IMG/VR virus record: IMGVR_UViG_3300037963_003542
From: a virus
Length of the DNA stretch: 64,000 nucleotides
Reading direction: 5' to 3' (one strand)
How positions within the stretch are numbered: the stretch's first letter is position 1; each line of letters begins with the position of its first letter. The position numbers and the translations under genes are program-made. Under the pieces are notes generated by a model. It did not search any database. It saw only the letters and a program-made list of their open reading frames with translations, and had not been told where the DNA came from. Shown piece by piece: positions 15,377 to 27,400 of this stretch.

Positions 15377-15523
15377 ATGGCAAAGCGCCCTTCACTTACT
15401 GGTGGTAACGCCAACATTGAGTCAAAACCTAAAAAAACTCGTCAAGGATCGGGTCAGCATACTAAATATAGTGCAAGCTCCCGTAATGGAGCCCGTAAAC
15501 GTTACCGTGGACAAGGAAGATGA
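15377..15523 (+). CDS. small basic conserved phage protein (48 aa)
   Basis: MAKRPSLTGGNANIESKPKKTRQGSGQHTKYSASSRNGARKRYRGQGR*; GAGG SD upstream. Confidence 0.75.
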   Translation: MAKRPSLTGGNANIESKPKKTRQGSGQHTKYSASSRNGARKRYRGQGR

Positions 15524-15611
15524 GTGAAGAAACTCCAGCACCTAGAACATACGGCTATGTCGTAGGACGTAGAGCCGGTGATCAAGAACATCCTGACAAG
15601 AAAAAAGAAGA

Positions 15612-16094
15612 ATGATTGAGATTGAAGAGCATATTAAAGATTGGATTGCTAAAATTTCTAAAGTTCGCCCCGAACTAAGTAATTTTTCTATCTGTCCTTA
15701 CTCTTCAACCGCTTCATATAAGATCATTCAAGCGCCGATTGACGACATCATACCCATCAAAGGGTTTGATGTCGTTATTTTTGTTGTTGAAGACTATCTT
15801 GACGCCGCGGCCATTCAAATGTGGTGTGAAATTTATAACACAATCTACCCAGAATACATATTTTTGGAAGATTGTGGTAATTATCACACCTTCATTAACG
15901 GTGTGCAGACAAACAATGGTAAATATAACCTAATGTTATGCCAATCAAAGGCAAAATTACGTCAACACCGCGAAATTTTGGCGAAATCTGGATATTATGC
16001 ACATTGGAATGATGCAATGATGCAAGAAATTCTTGGAAATGACTACGAAATTGTAAAAACCGCACAAAAAACCGATGGGAAACTCACCGACTGA
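15612..16094 (+). CDS. conserved hypothetical protein (160 aa)
   Basis: ORF track; I.DWI......PEL....CPY pattern. Confidence 0.7.
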   Translation: MIEIEEHIKDWIAKISKVRPELSNFSICPYSSTASYKIIQAPIDDIIPIKGFDVVIFVVEDYLDAAAIQMWCEIYNTIYPEYIFLEDCGNYHTFINGVQTNNGKYNLMLCQSKAKLRQHREILAKSGYYAHWNDAMMQEILGNDYEIVKTAQKTDGKLTD

Positions 16095-16206
16095 CAAAGG
16101 TAAAGACTTTATTAAGTCTGGGATGACTCTAATTACTCAAATTGATTCCGACAGACTGCTGAAGAAAGCCCAGAAAAAGAAAGATGTCAAAAATAGTGAT
16201 AAATAA
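16075..16206 (+). CDS. small hypothetical protein (43 aa)
   Basis: MGNSPTDKGKDFIKSGMTLITQIDSDRLLKKAQ...*. Confidence 0.5.
   Translation: MGNSPTDKGKDFIKSGMTLITQIDSDRLLKKAQKKKDVKNSDK
16198..16205 (+). promoter_or_regulatory. late promoter (GATAAATA) for the baseplate operon
   Basis: NATAAATA 20 nt upstream of the gp25 ATG. Confidence 0.65.
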
Positions 16207-16225
16207 TTGAAAAATCTACTATCAA

Positions 16226-16630
16226 ATGGCGTTGAATCCATCAAGATCCTATAAGGACTTGAGTTTTACATTCAAAATCAACCCGTTAAGAAAAGATCTC
16301 GTAGTTCTCAAAGATGAGAATGCTATTAAGAGAGCTCTCCTTAACTTATTTTCCTATAGGAAGGGCGAAAAGTTTTTTGACCCGACATTTGGTAGTGGAA
16401 TTCCTGATTTGTTGTTTGAACCTTTTGATTTTGCTACTGCTGGATCTATCCAGAGTGAAATTAAAACTGTAATTGAAACTTATGAACCCAGAGTTAATGT
16501 ATTGGGTATTGATGTAGATTTGAATTATGATTCCAATTCTTACGACATTCAAGTCGCTTACTCAATTCCTAATATTAGCGCACAGGTATTCACAACTTCA
16601 TTAACGTTAACGTCTTCATCAAAGATATAA
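16226..16630 (+). CDS. gp25: baseplate wedge subunit gp25
   Basis: YKDLS..F..NP...D......E.AIKR...N......GE.FF.P.FGS...LLFE...YEPRV signature. Confidence 0.93.
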   Translation: MALNPSRSYKDLSFTFKINPLRKDLVVLKDENAIKRALLNLFSYRKGEKFFDPTFGSGIPDLLFEPFDFATAGSIQSEIKTVIETYEPRVNVLGIDVDLNYDSNSYDIQVAYSIPNISAQVFTTSLTLTSSSKI

Positions 16631-16633
16631 TCA

Positions 16634-18484
16634 ATGGCATACGCACAAGTTAGTTCTCTAGATTACGCTGATATCAGAGCTGCTCTGGTTGAATACTTGA
16701 GGCGTAATACTGATTTTACCGATTATGATTTTGAGGCTTCTACCCTATCATCGGTAATAGACCTCTTAGCATATAATACTTATTATACTGCCTTCAATAC
16801 AACGATGGCAGTCAATGAAAGTTTTCTGGCATCTGCATCTTTAAGAGATAATATTGTTAATATTGCAAAGCAATTAGGTTATACTGCAAAGTCTAGAACT
16901 GCAGCAAGTGCATCTCTTGAACTTAAAGTTGATTTTACTTCAGTTGCTGCAATCGACCAAAGATTGGTGCCGAAATTCCTTACTCTAAAGAAAGGAAATT
17001 GCTTTGTTGCGTCAAATGTAGATAATAGAAGTGAAACTTATCAATTTGCGGTTCTTGAAGACGTTGTAAGTCCTATTATTAATAATATTTGCTATATTAG
17101 TAATACTGTAGATAATGATAATTTAAAAATCCAAGAAGGTACTTATCTCACCTTCACTTTTATTGTGGATAAAACAATTCCCAATCAAAAGTTCATTATT
17201 CCAACAGAACATATTGATTCTGAAACCATCAAAGTCTCTGTGAGGGAAAATGCTAATTCATCTTCATTGGAGCAATTTGAAAAAGTTCCTAATATCTTAG
17301 ATGTAACTGCAGACGACGCTGCTTTCTTTGTACAAGAAGTTACTGACAGAAGATATGAATTAATTTTTGGTGATGGTGTTCTTGGGAAGGCATTAAAAGA
17401 TGGACAGGTAATTCAAGTTTCATATTTGGCAACATCAGGCAAAAATGCGAACGATATCAAGAACTTTGTGTTCTCTGGTGAAATCTATGATGAAAATAGT
17501 GCCAGAGTTTTAAATAATATTGGTGTTACCGTAAAATCTGGTAGTGCTGGTGGTGATGATATTGAACCAACTGAATTAGTTCAGACAAATGCTCCTAAAT
17601 TCTATGCTGCACAGAATAGAGCAGTAACATTAGATGATTATAAGATCATTACACAGAGACTTTACTCTTCAATTGCCGATATTATTGTATATGGTGGTGA
17701 AACTGAAGAACCACCAGAATATGGTCGTGTAAAAATTGCAATTAAACCAAAATATAGCGATATTCTGAGTAATTCTACAAAAACTGATATTTTATCAAAA
17801 TTAAAGAAATATACAGTAGCGTCTGTTACGCCAGTTATTGTTGATCCATCAATTGTTGATGTTTTAGTACAATCGAAGATTTTCTATAACCAAACTCAGA
17901 CAAATTCAACTACTGAGCAACTCAGAAACTTGGTTATCAGTAATCTTGATGAATATGATGAAACTGCGGATCTTAGTAAGTTTGGTGGAGTTATTAGAAA
18001 GAGTAAAGTTACTACAGTAATTGATTCTTCTCAAGATTCCATTACTGGTAATAACACAGAGTTTCGTTTGAGGAAAAAACTGGTTCCTGCACTTAATACA
18101 AGGGCACAATACCTTCTTTGTTATGTGAATCCATTCAAATCATATTGTGATGGTCAATCAACCATTACTAGCACTAAATTTAAGATTAGTGGTTTCTCTG
18201 AGGAAGCGTATTTAGAAAATACAGAGGATGGAACAATTAGAATATATACTATTGACCCTATTACTGCAAGGAAAAGAATTTTGGTCGATGATGTCGGCAC
18301 AGTCAACTTTGACGATGGAAAAGTGACATTAAGTTCCCTTACAATCACAGAGGGTAGTGATGCTGACAACAATATCTACATTACTGCCGTTCCTAAGAAC
18401 GACGATATCTTTGCAGTTCGCGAGGTTTATTTAAACCTTGCATTACAAGATAGTACTTTCTCAGTATTCAAAGAAGTAGCGTAA
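16634..18484 (+). CDS. gp6: baseplate wedge protein gp6
   Basis: LDY..I...L..YLR....FTDYDFE.S.LS..IDLLAYNTYY...N...NESFL.SA.LR.N; QNRAVT..DY. Confidence 0.93.
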   Translation: MAYAQVSSLDYADIRAALVEYLRRNTDFTDYDFEASTLSSVIDLLAYNTYYTAFNTTMAVNESFLASASLRDNIVNIAKQLGYTAKSRTAASASLELKVDFTSVAAIDQRLVPKFLTLKKGNCFVASNVDNRSETYQFAVLEDVVSPIINNICYISNTVDNDNLKIQEGTYLTFTFIVDKTIPNQKFIIPTEHIDSETIKVSVRENANSSSLEQFEKVPNILDVTADDAAFFVQEVTDRRYELIFGDGVLGKALKDGQVIQVSYLATSGKNANDIKNFVFSGEIYDENSARVLNNIGVTVKSGSAGGDDIEPTELVQTNAPKFYAAQNRAVTLDDYKIITQRLYSSIADIIVYGGETEEPPEYGRVKIAIKPKYSDILSNSTKTDILSKLKKYTVASVTPVIVDPSIVDVLVQSKIFYNQTQTNSTTEQLRNLVISNLDEYDETADLSKFGGVIRKSKVTTVIDSSQDSITGNNTEFRLRKKLVPALNTRAQYLLCYVNPFKSYCDGQSTITSTKFKISGFSEEAYLENTEDGTIRIYTIDPITARKRILVDDVGTVNFDDGKVTLSSLTITEGSDADNNIYITAVPKNDDIFAVREVYLNLALQDSTFSVFKEVA

Positions 18485-18485
18485 A

Positions 18486-21400
18486 ATGAATTTTAATAAG
18501 TTAACAATATCAGATTTAGTTGGACAGCAACTACCAAATTTCATTGTTGATGAGTTTCCTACTTATGTAAAATTCTTTGAGGAGTATTATAAGTCACTAG
18601 AAGTATCTGGTGGCATTTTAGATATTCAGAACAACTTTCTGGAATATACTAATGTCGATAGCCTAAGAAAGTTTAACTTAGTTAAAACTTATAAACTACA
18701 AACAGCAATTGATGCTAGTGCTACTTCTATTGTATTAGATAAAATTGATGGTCTTCGTACTGATGGTGGTATTATTGGAATCGGTGATGAAATTATCTTA
18801 TATTCTTCCGTAGATATTGCCACAAGAACTCTTACTGATTGTGAGAGGGGATTTAGTGCTACCACAAAATTTGATGCACAAAAAACTACTATTGAAACCA
18901 GTACAGCTCAATCTCACGATGTAGATGATGTAGTTACAAATTATTCAAGTTTAATTCTGTTTTTCATTCTGAAAAACTATGAGAAGCAGTATCTTGCTGG
19001 ATTCCCACATGAAAATATTGCTGATCAGATCGGTAAGGATACGCTGATCAGAAACATCAAAGATTTCTATAGCTATAAAGGAACAGATCTTTCTATTGAG
19101 TTTCTGTTCAGAGCATTGTATGATGAAGAAGTTACTGTAAGATATCCTAGAGATAGAGTCATCAAGGCTTCTTATTCTGATTGGACTGTTGATGATATTA
19201 TTAAAGTTGAACAAATTGAAGGAAATCCTTATGATCTAGTTGGTTCTCAGATCAGACAAACTGATGCTACTGGTGTTGTCCAAGCAACTGCAATTATTGA
19301 TGATCTATTAATCAATAATATCTCAAACTATTCTTCTGGTACTAAAAATATCTATGAAGTTAGACTGAATGTATTAAACTCACAAGTTTTTACAATTCCT
19401 CAATCATCTATACTTAGACGTGATATTTCTGCCAGTGATAGTGTCATTACTGTAGATAGCACCCTTAGTTTTCCTAAACTAAATGGCGTTATTGAGATTG
19501 ATGGTGAGTTTATTACATATAGAACTAAAACCTTCAATCAATTTATTGATTGTGGTAGAGGAGCATATGGCACTAATCCTGCACCACATTTTGTTGATCA
19601 GGAAGTAGTCACAACCGAATATCTTTTTGGATATCCTGCAGGTAAAAGTGAAGAGGAAGACCAAGTTAAAATGAGAATTCTTGGAGTTCTTTCGGAAGTT
19701 GATATTAGAGATGGTTCTAACTATTTTGAGACTGGGGAAAAAATTAAACTTTCGCCAGATGGAGATACAGATAATAGACCTCAATTTACCAGTTGGCGAT
19801 TAAATGAGGTAGGAAATTTTTGCTCCAGTTCTGACATTCAAATTAATAATGCTGTTAAAAATATCCCCACAAGTGCTTTCGCTGTATTTAAAGATTCCAA
19901 ATATGCTTATGTGACTAGTGCGGGACTTCCTGCCAATTCTATTGGTCCTTTTCGTGGGGTTGGTTATGATGTCAGAAATCAAAATATTTTAAAATCAATT
20001 CCACTAACCACTGAAAAAAATACTCAGAAGCAAGAAACTAAAAACAAGCCTGTTGGCTTATTCATTAATGGTGTTGAGGCATTTAGTGCCCAAGATTATG
20101 AAGAAGTTTCATATGGATCAATTGATAGTGTAAGTATTGCTCAAAGTGGATTTGGATTTGAAGAAAATATCCAACCAATTTTTAGAGTAAAAGATGCTAC
20201 TGGAAATGGTGCAACTTTTAATGCAAGCATTGTAGATGGTAAAGTTACATCTATTTCTGTCATTGATGGTGGTCAAGATTATACCAGAGATCATGAACTT
20301 GAAGTGACTTATGGATTTGATGCAACAGCAACAATTGCTCAAGATGCACATTTAGTAAATGGAGAAATTAAAACAATTACTGTTACTGGTGGTGGACAGG
20401 ATTATGTTGCGACACCAAATGTGGAAATTGTTGATACTGCTGGTAGAGGTAAGGGTGCATTTGCAATCGCTCAAGTAACTAATAATCAAGTTACTGGGGT
20501 CGTTGTTTTAAACGGTGGTACTGATTACACAGATAAGAGCACAATTCAAGTAAGAATTGTGTCAAAAGGTACTGGAATTTTTGCCACTGCTAATGTTAAA
20601 AAATGGTCTTTTGACAGAGTATTTAAAACTAAAAATACTTTAGATGCAAATCAAAATTGGATTCCTGCAACACAAGTAAAATCTGATCTTGGAAATGGAT
20701 ATTTGTACGCCAGTTCTAATGCAGCATATGGACTTCAATATGGATTTGCCCAAAATCCAAAACTTTTGAGATCTAGTTTAGTAGATAATGTACAAGGTGT
20801 TAATGCCGCCTATGCCGAAAAGACTTCTGGATTTGTTCATTCTCCTATTTTAGGTTGGGCATATGATGGCAATCCCATTTATGGTCCTTATGGATATAGT
20901 AATCCTGTAGATTCAAATAGTGCTATCTCTAGGCAAACTTCTTCTTATGCATTAAAATCTACAGCACCATCAGGTAGACCTAGTACAGCAAAGTATCCTT
21001 TGGGTGCTTTTATTCAAGATTATGACTATATTCAAGGTAATGGATCGTTAGATTTTAATAATGGTCGTTTTTGTAAAACACCAGAATTTCCAAATGGAAG
21101 ATATTGTTATTTCATAACTGTAGATAATTTTGGTTCTGGTGTTTATCCATATATTTTAGGAAAAACTTTCTACTCAGTTCCTGCAGCTAATAATTTTAAT
21201 CTTGAATTTGATCAAAGTAATGATTCTAATATTCCAGAGGGTGCGAGAAGAATTAGAACCGCTAATACACCAACCAGAGGATTTGATGCATCTTTGATTG
21301 TGGGAGAAATTGGTAGAGGAGCAGTAGATTCATTTACTGTTACCGAATCTGGTGCAACATTTAAAAACAGTGATTATCTGTATATTGATAATACAGACAC

Positions 21401-24400
21401 CGAAGGATCTAGGCTTTTTGGACGAGTTTCTCAGGTTGATGGTAAGACTGTGCCCAGAGTATCCTATCAAGTTGCTTCAGGATCAACTATTCCAGCAACG
21501 AATGGGATTCCTAATGCACCATGGCCTGTAGAAATTAGTGCTCCTGAATATGCAGATACAAAATTTGCAGTTACTGCAGAAACTTCGGAACCTCATGGTC
21601 TTTCTAGTGGAGATGAGGTAACATTATCTCTTGCATTGTCAAATGTTAATATTACAAAAACATTTAAAGTAAGAGTATCTAATTATCAGACAATTACTTA
21701 CAATAAACCATCAGTCACCACAAAATTGGTTGTTGATGTTGCTTTCAATGCAGTTAACATCAGTATTAACACTCCTGATGCACTATTACTTAGAGAAAAT
21801 GATTATATTAAAATTAATGATGAAATTTTAAAAATTACATCAATTAATACAAATTCTGGTCTATTGGCGGTAGATAGAGGTCAGTTTAACACTCCATTGA
21901 GATTACATGCAGCAACAAACCCTGTAACGTTACACATTCCAGACGATCAACCAGATTATAGATTAACTGTTGGTTCTCCAATTACTACTACTGGTGTTGC
22001 TGGAGTGATCTATAATATCAATAAAGAAAATTCGACAATTGATGTAAGAGTTACTTCAGGAACTTTTGCATCTTCTAATACCATTGTTGATACATCATCA
22101 CCAACTGGAAGAGATTTAGATATTGCTAGTGTAAGTGAAAAAAGTGTATATTGGGAAATTGATCCAACTGGAACAGGAAATCATTATGTAAGAGATCTGC
22201 AATTCAGATTTATCAGAGGAAGTAAGTATATTTTTGATCTTAGTGATGGCAGTAACTTAAATCATAACCTTATTTTCTCCGAAGATTCTGCCAATGTAAA
22301 TACACTGTCAAATGTTAGTTACATTGGGACACCAGGCACACCTGGAGCATCTGCAACTATTGAAAAAGCATCTTTGATGAACATGGATGTTTCTAGAGTC
22401 TATTATTATGATGAAGCAGGTGGAATCATCAATAACAAAAAATATTTTAGTCTTCAACTGCTTCCAGCTGGAACACAGAAGATTGATATTGTAGATTCCA
22501 CTAAATTCCAATTTTCTGCCCCATTCCAACCAGAAGTAACGGAATGGTTGAACTTAATTTCATATAAAACAACCTCGCAGACTGCAATAGGAAAAATTTC
22601 CGAAATTGTAGTAATTGATGGTGGTGAGGGGTATAAAAAACTTCCTAAAATTGAAGGTGTCACTCATACCTTACTTGATGACATTAGAACAGAGATAAGT
22701 CTTGTCGGAGGATCATTTTCCGAAGTAAAAGTAATTAATGGTGGATCTAGATATTCTTCTTCCACTAAAATTTTTGTAAACACTACTACTGGTTCTGGTG
22801 CAGTATTGACACCAACTGTTGTTGGCGGAAAAATTATTTCTATTAAAGTAGATGATCCTGGAGATGGATATTCTGCAGATGATACTATTACTGCAGTTGA
22901 TACTGATGCTAAAATCTATGCTCAGGGCGAAAATATCGGAAAAATTAAAACAGTTAGATTTAGCAACAACGGAAGTCAGTTTACCTCTGATAGAACTCTT
23001 AGCAAATCACTTTTATTCAATAAAAAGGTCATTGTCAGAGACCTTCCTTCCGATAATTATAAATTAGCAGAAGTTGTTACCACTACTGGTGGATTTGAGG
23101 GTGAGGTAGAAAGTATTACTGCTTTAGGAAATGATGTTTATTTACTTGACCTTCTCGTAATTAAAGGAGAACTGAATAAAGGAGATACCTTAGTTGGTCA
23201 GATTAATCAATATACATCTGTAGTTGAATATGCAACTACTCCAGATGTTGTCGGTAAAGTTGGGGGATATGTTGGTAAAGTTGGATTCTTTGAATCTGAT
23301 CTTGGCAAGATTAGTTCATCTTCCCAGAAAATTACTGACAGTAACTATTTCCAAGATTTCTCATATGTCATTAGAAGCACGAGAAGTCTGAGTGAGTATA
23401 AGCAATATGTTGATGAAACTACTCATCCACTTGGATTTAAACTGTTTGGTGAAGTTGCGGTCGAGAATGATGTAGATTTTGAAGATACCGTAACTGGAAA
23501 TCCATTTAGTATCGGTCTGGCTGAAGATCCACATGCAAGGGAAGTTATTATCTCCTTGCCAGATATCAATGTAGAGTCGGATATTGTATTCAAGAAACAT
23601 GAGGTTTCTGTGATCAAAGCAGCTGATATCAAATCTTATATTGGACAAGGTGCCGCAAGACTTAATTTCTTAGAAAACCAGATTGAAGCAACGAAAATTG
23701 CAGATATTTCTTCTAGCTTTGATGATGTTACTAAAACGTTTACATTAACCACACAGGATGGCAATTTTCCAAAAGATGCTCCAAATACATCTGTGATGGT
23801 TGCGTTGAATGAGATTTTCCAAGAGCCCTACGAAACTCAAGATATTTTAGGAATTACATATGATGGTGGATTGATGACCGTCACTACTGATGGTGATCAT
23901 GGATATGCAGTTACTACCTCAGGACAAACTTATCCTGATCAAAAGTATGTACATATTTCTGGCGTAATAAATTCTGTTGCTAATATCAATTTTAATGATA
24001 AATTTGAAATTTATGATGTACCATCATCTGACACTTTCAGAGCAACCATCAACAATCCAAATGGAGTTTTGACTAACAATGACCCAGCGGTTTGTGCTGA
24101 TGTTAAATCAACCATTGATAATCTAACTACAATCCTTACTTATTATACAGCAAATCCATCTGCATCAAGACCCATTAAGAATCAGGGTATCTGGCCAGAT
24201 CCAACACAAGGACCAGTTAGTGCCAATAGACATAGAGATGGCGCTAATTTAATTAGCGCGAATAGATTTCATATCATTGATAGAGCAAATGCTGAAATTT
24301 CTCTACAGTATCCTGATTTCTATTATCCTAATGATCCTCAGACTAACTCATACAGCAGATATAGAGATGCTTATCGTTTGATCATGACCAACCGTAAGGA

Positions 24401-27400
24401 ATTGGTTGACAGAGGTGCTGCTCAGATCGCCGTAGACTATCCTGATTTTGTTTATCCAGGTGATCCCACAACTGCTAGTGATTATCGCTTTAAGGACGCT
24501 TACAGACTCATTCAGCAGAACAGACAAGAGATTATTGATAACGCTTGGACTACTATGCAAGCAGGATCAAATACTGCTGACCCCGCAGTAGAAACCAAGT
24601 GTAAGCGTGACATCGGATTGTTCATTGATTATACATCACTGGATCTTGTCAATGGTGGTAATGAATATGCTCGTAAGTTTGCTCTTCAGTATTTTGATGA
24701 GAATGGAAATCCTCTTACTAATGGTTTACTTGGTGAAGAATTAGCATCAAATGATGCTTTCAATGCTGCTAAGGACAATATGATCCTGGCATTCACCAAT
24801 CAACTGACAGTTACTGACAGCACGATCACTCCTGATCCTGCTGGTGCTCCTCTGTGTGCTAACGTAACCTCTGCAATTACAACTCTCACAGGTATTGTCA
24901 CTGCTGCGATTGCCGCAGGATCTACTGCTGGTCTTCCTACAGAGACTATTGGAGCAGACAGAACTGGAGAAGCGAAGTGTAAGCGTGATATCGGACTATT
25001 TGTTGATGCTATGGCATTGGATGTTCACACTGGTGGTAATGTCTATGCTCGTAAGTTCCTCAAACAATACTTCAATGCTGCTGGAACATCATTTACTACT
25101 AATGGTCTTGACGGCGAAATCCTTCAATCTATCACTGCATTTGAGAAGGTTAGAGATTTGATGAAACTTGCAATTGTGAATCAATTGCTCGAAAAAGATC
25201 TTACAATTACTTCTGCTAATGCAAATTATTGGGGAACTGCTGTTGGTACACCAACTAATGTTACTTATGATGCTGTAACAGGTGTTGCTCAAGTTACTAT
25301 TGCTAATCATGGACTTAATAACGGAGATGATGTATTAATTAAGTCGAACGGACTGACATTTACTTGTGCTATGGACGGTAATGTTGCTGAAAAGTCCTAT
25401 CCAAGACTTGCTGATGGAAATCATGAAACTGCAATGGCAGTTTCAAATGCTACTAATGATACCTTTGATATTACTGTAGGTGCAAGTCCAGAAAAAACCT
25501 TTACTATTAGTGATGCTGATTATGATCCAGTATCTGGAGATGTTGAGTTAACAATTGGAAATCACTCTCTGAGAGCAGGTACAGGTGTTAAAATTGAACC
25601 AGAATCAATTACATTCACCTGTAATCTGGACAACGATGCTACTGAGCATTCTTATCCTAAATCTGAAATTTTAAATGCAACTGTTGATAATGCTGTTTAC
25701 AATCCATCTTCTGGAGTTCTTACAGTAACAGTTGAGAAACATGGGTGGGAGAATGGAGATTTCATTAAGTTCGATGACAACTCCCTTAAATTTACATGTG
25801 CTAGAGATAATAATCAAACCGAACATACTTATCCTCGCTCAACTGATCCTGTGAGTGGTAAGTGGATTCCTATTTACGATGTTTACTATGATTCATTCAA
25901 AGTTAAAATTGGAGTTTCTTCAGACACTTCAGAACATACATTTGTAAGTGCAGTAGATGATGGTCTTAAGAAGAAAAAGGATAAGACCTTTGACACTTCA
26001 GTCCCCATCATATCCACGACTGCAACTACCATTAAAATTAATGTTGGTAGTTCCACTGATACCTCAGTTCACACATATGTTCCAAGACTTTATACAGTAA
26101 CTGATGCAACCTATGATCCAACCAGTGGAATTTTAGGTATTACATCAGCTAATCATGGATTTACTGCTGGAGATGGTATTCTTCTTGGAGATGGAAGTTT
26201 AACCTTTAGTTGTACTTGTGATGGTAATGTTGAAGAGATTTCATATCCAAGATCAACTGATCCTGCTTCCAAGAAGAGACTTAATGTTATTTCTGCAACG
26301 AATGATCAACTTACAGTTAACATTGGAGCATCACCACTTGTAAAATACACTCCAACCAATGCAACCTATGATGGTTCAACTGGTTTGATGGAAGTAACCA
26401 TTGGAAATCATGGTATTAATCCCAATACCACTGTTAAAATGCTTGCCAATGGCATTACTTTCTCATGTGGTGCTGCTACTGGAACACATACATTTGTAAG
26501 TGGTGTTACTAATGCCATCACGGCAGGTTCTGGTGGTAGTGGAACTTTCACTGCTGCGACAGGAACAACATATGATCCATCCACAGGCGATTTAGTATTA
26601 GAAATTGGATCTCATAGTTTGACTACCGCTAATTCAGTTACCATTGCTGATGGCGGCGTAACGTTCACTTGTGATGCTGATAATCATGGTTCAAACCATT
26701 CTTATCCTCGTCCCACTGACCCTGCATCTGGTCTTACTCTTAGTATTTCAGCAACTACTGCAACAACAATTACTGTCAACGTAGGTGCTGCCGCGCCTTC
26801 TGGTACTAACCATTCTTATCCGAGAACACTGATTGACTCGTTCACTGTAACTGGTGCCACATACACGGCATCTACAGGTGCTATGACTGTCACAGTTAAT
26901 GATCATGGAATGATCAATGGTGATTGGATTAAGTTTGAGGATGATTCTTTGACATTTACTTGTGATCAAGATAGTCATAATTCTAATCACACTTATCCAC
27001 GTTCTACTGATCCTGTTAGCGGTAAGTTCATTCAAATTTCTAACGTAACCCAAAATACTTTTGACGTTAATGTTGGAGAATCGCCCGCTGGTCAACAGTA
27101 TACTCACCTTTTTGTAAGTGCAGTTGCTGATGGTCTTAAGCATAAGCGCGACCGTTCTTATGATCAACCAATTCCTGTTGTTTCTGTCACTGACACTACT
27201 ATCACACTCCAGGTTGGTACTACATCAATTGTTTCGGCACATACATTTGTTTCTGCTCTCACTGATGCAATCATTAGTGGTGGTGAATATCCTCACACAT
27301 TTGTGAGTGCTGCTAGTGGTGCATTGAATCAAGCTGTAGTTATTTCAGGTGGTAATTACTCACACACTTTCATTAGAGCAGTTGAAGATGCCATTGTAAG

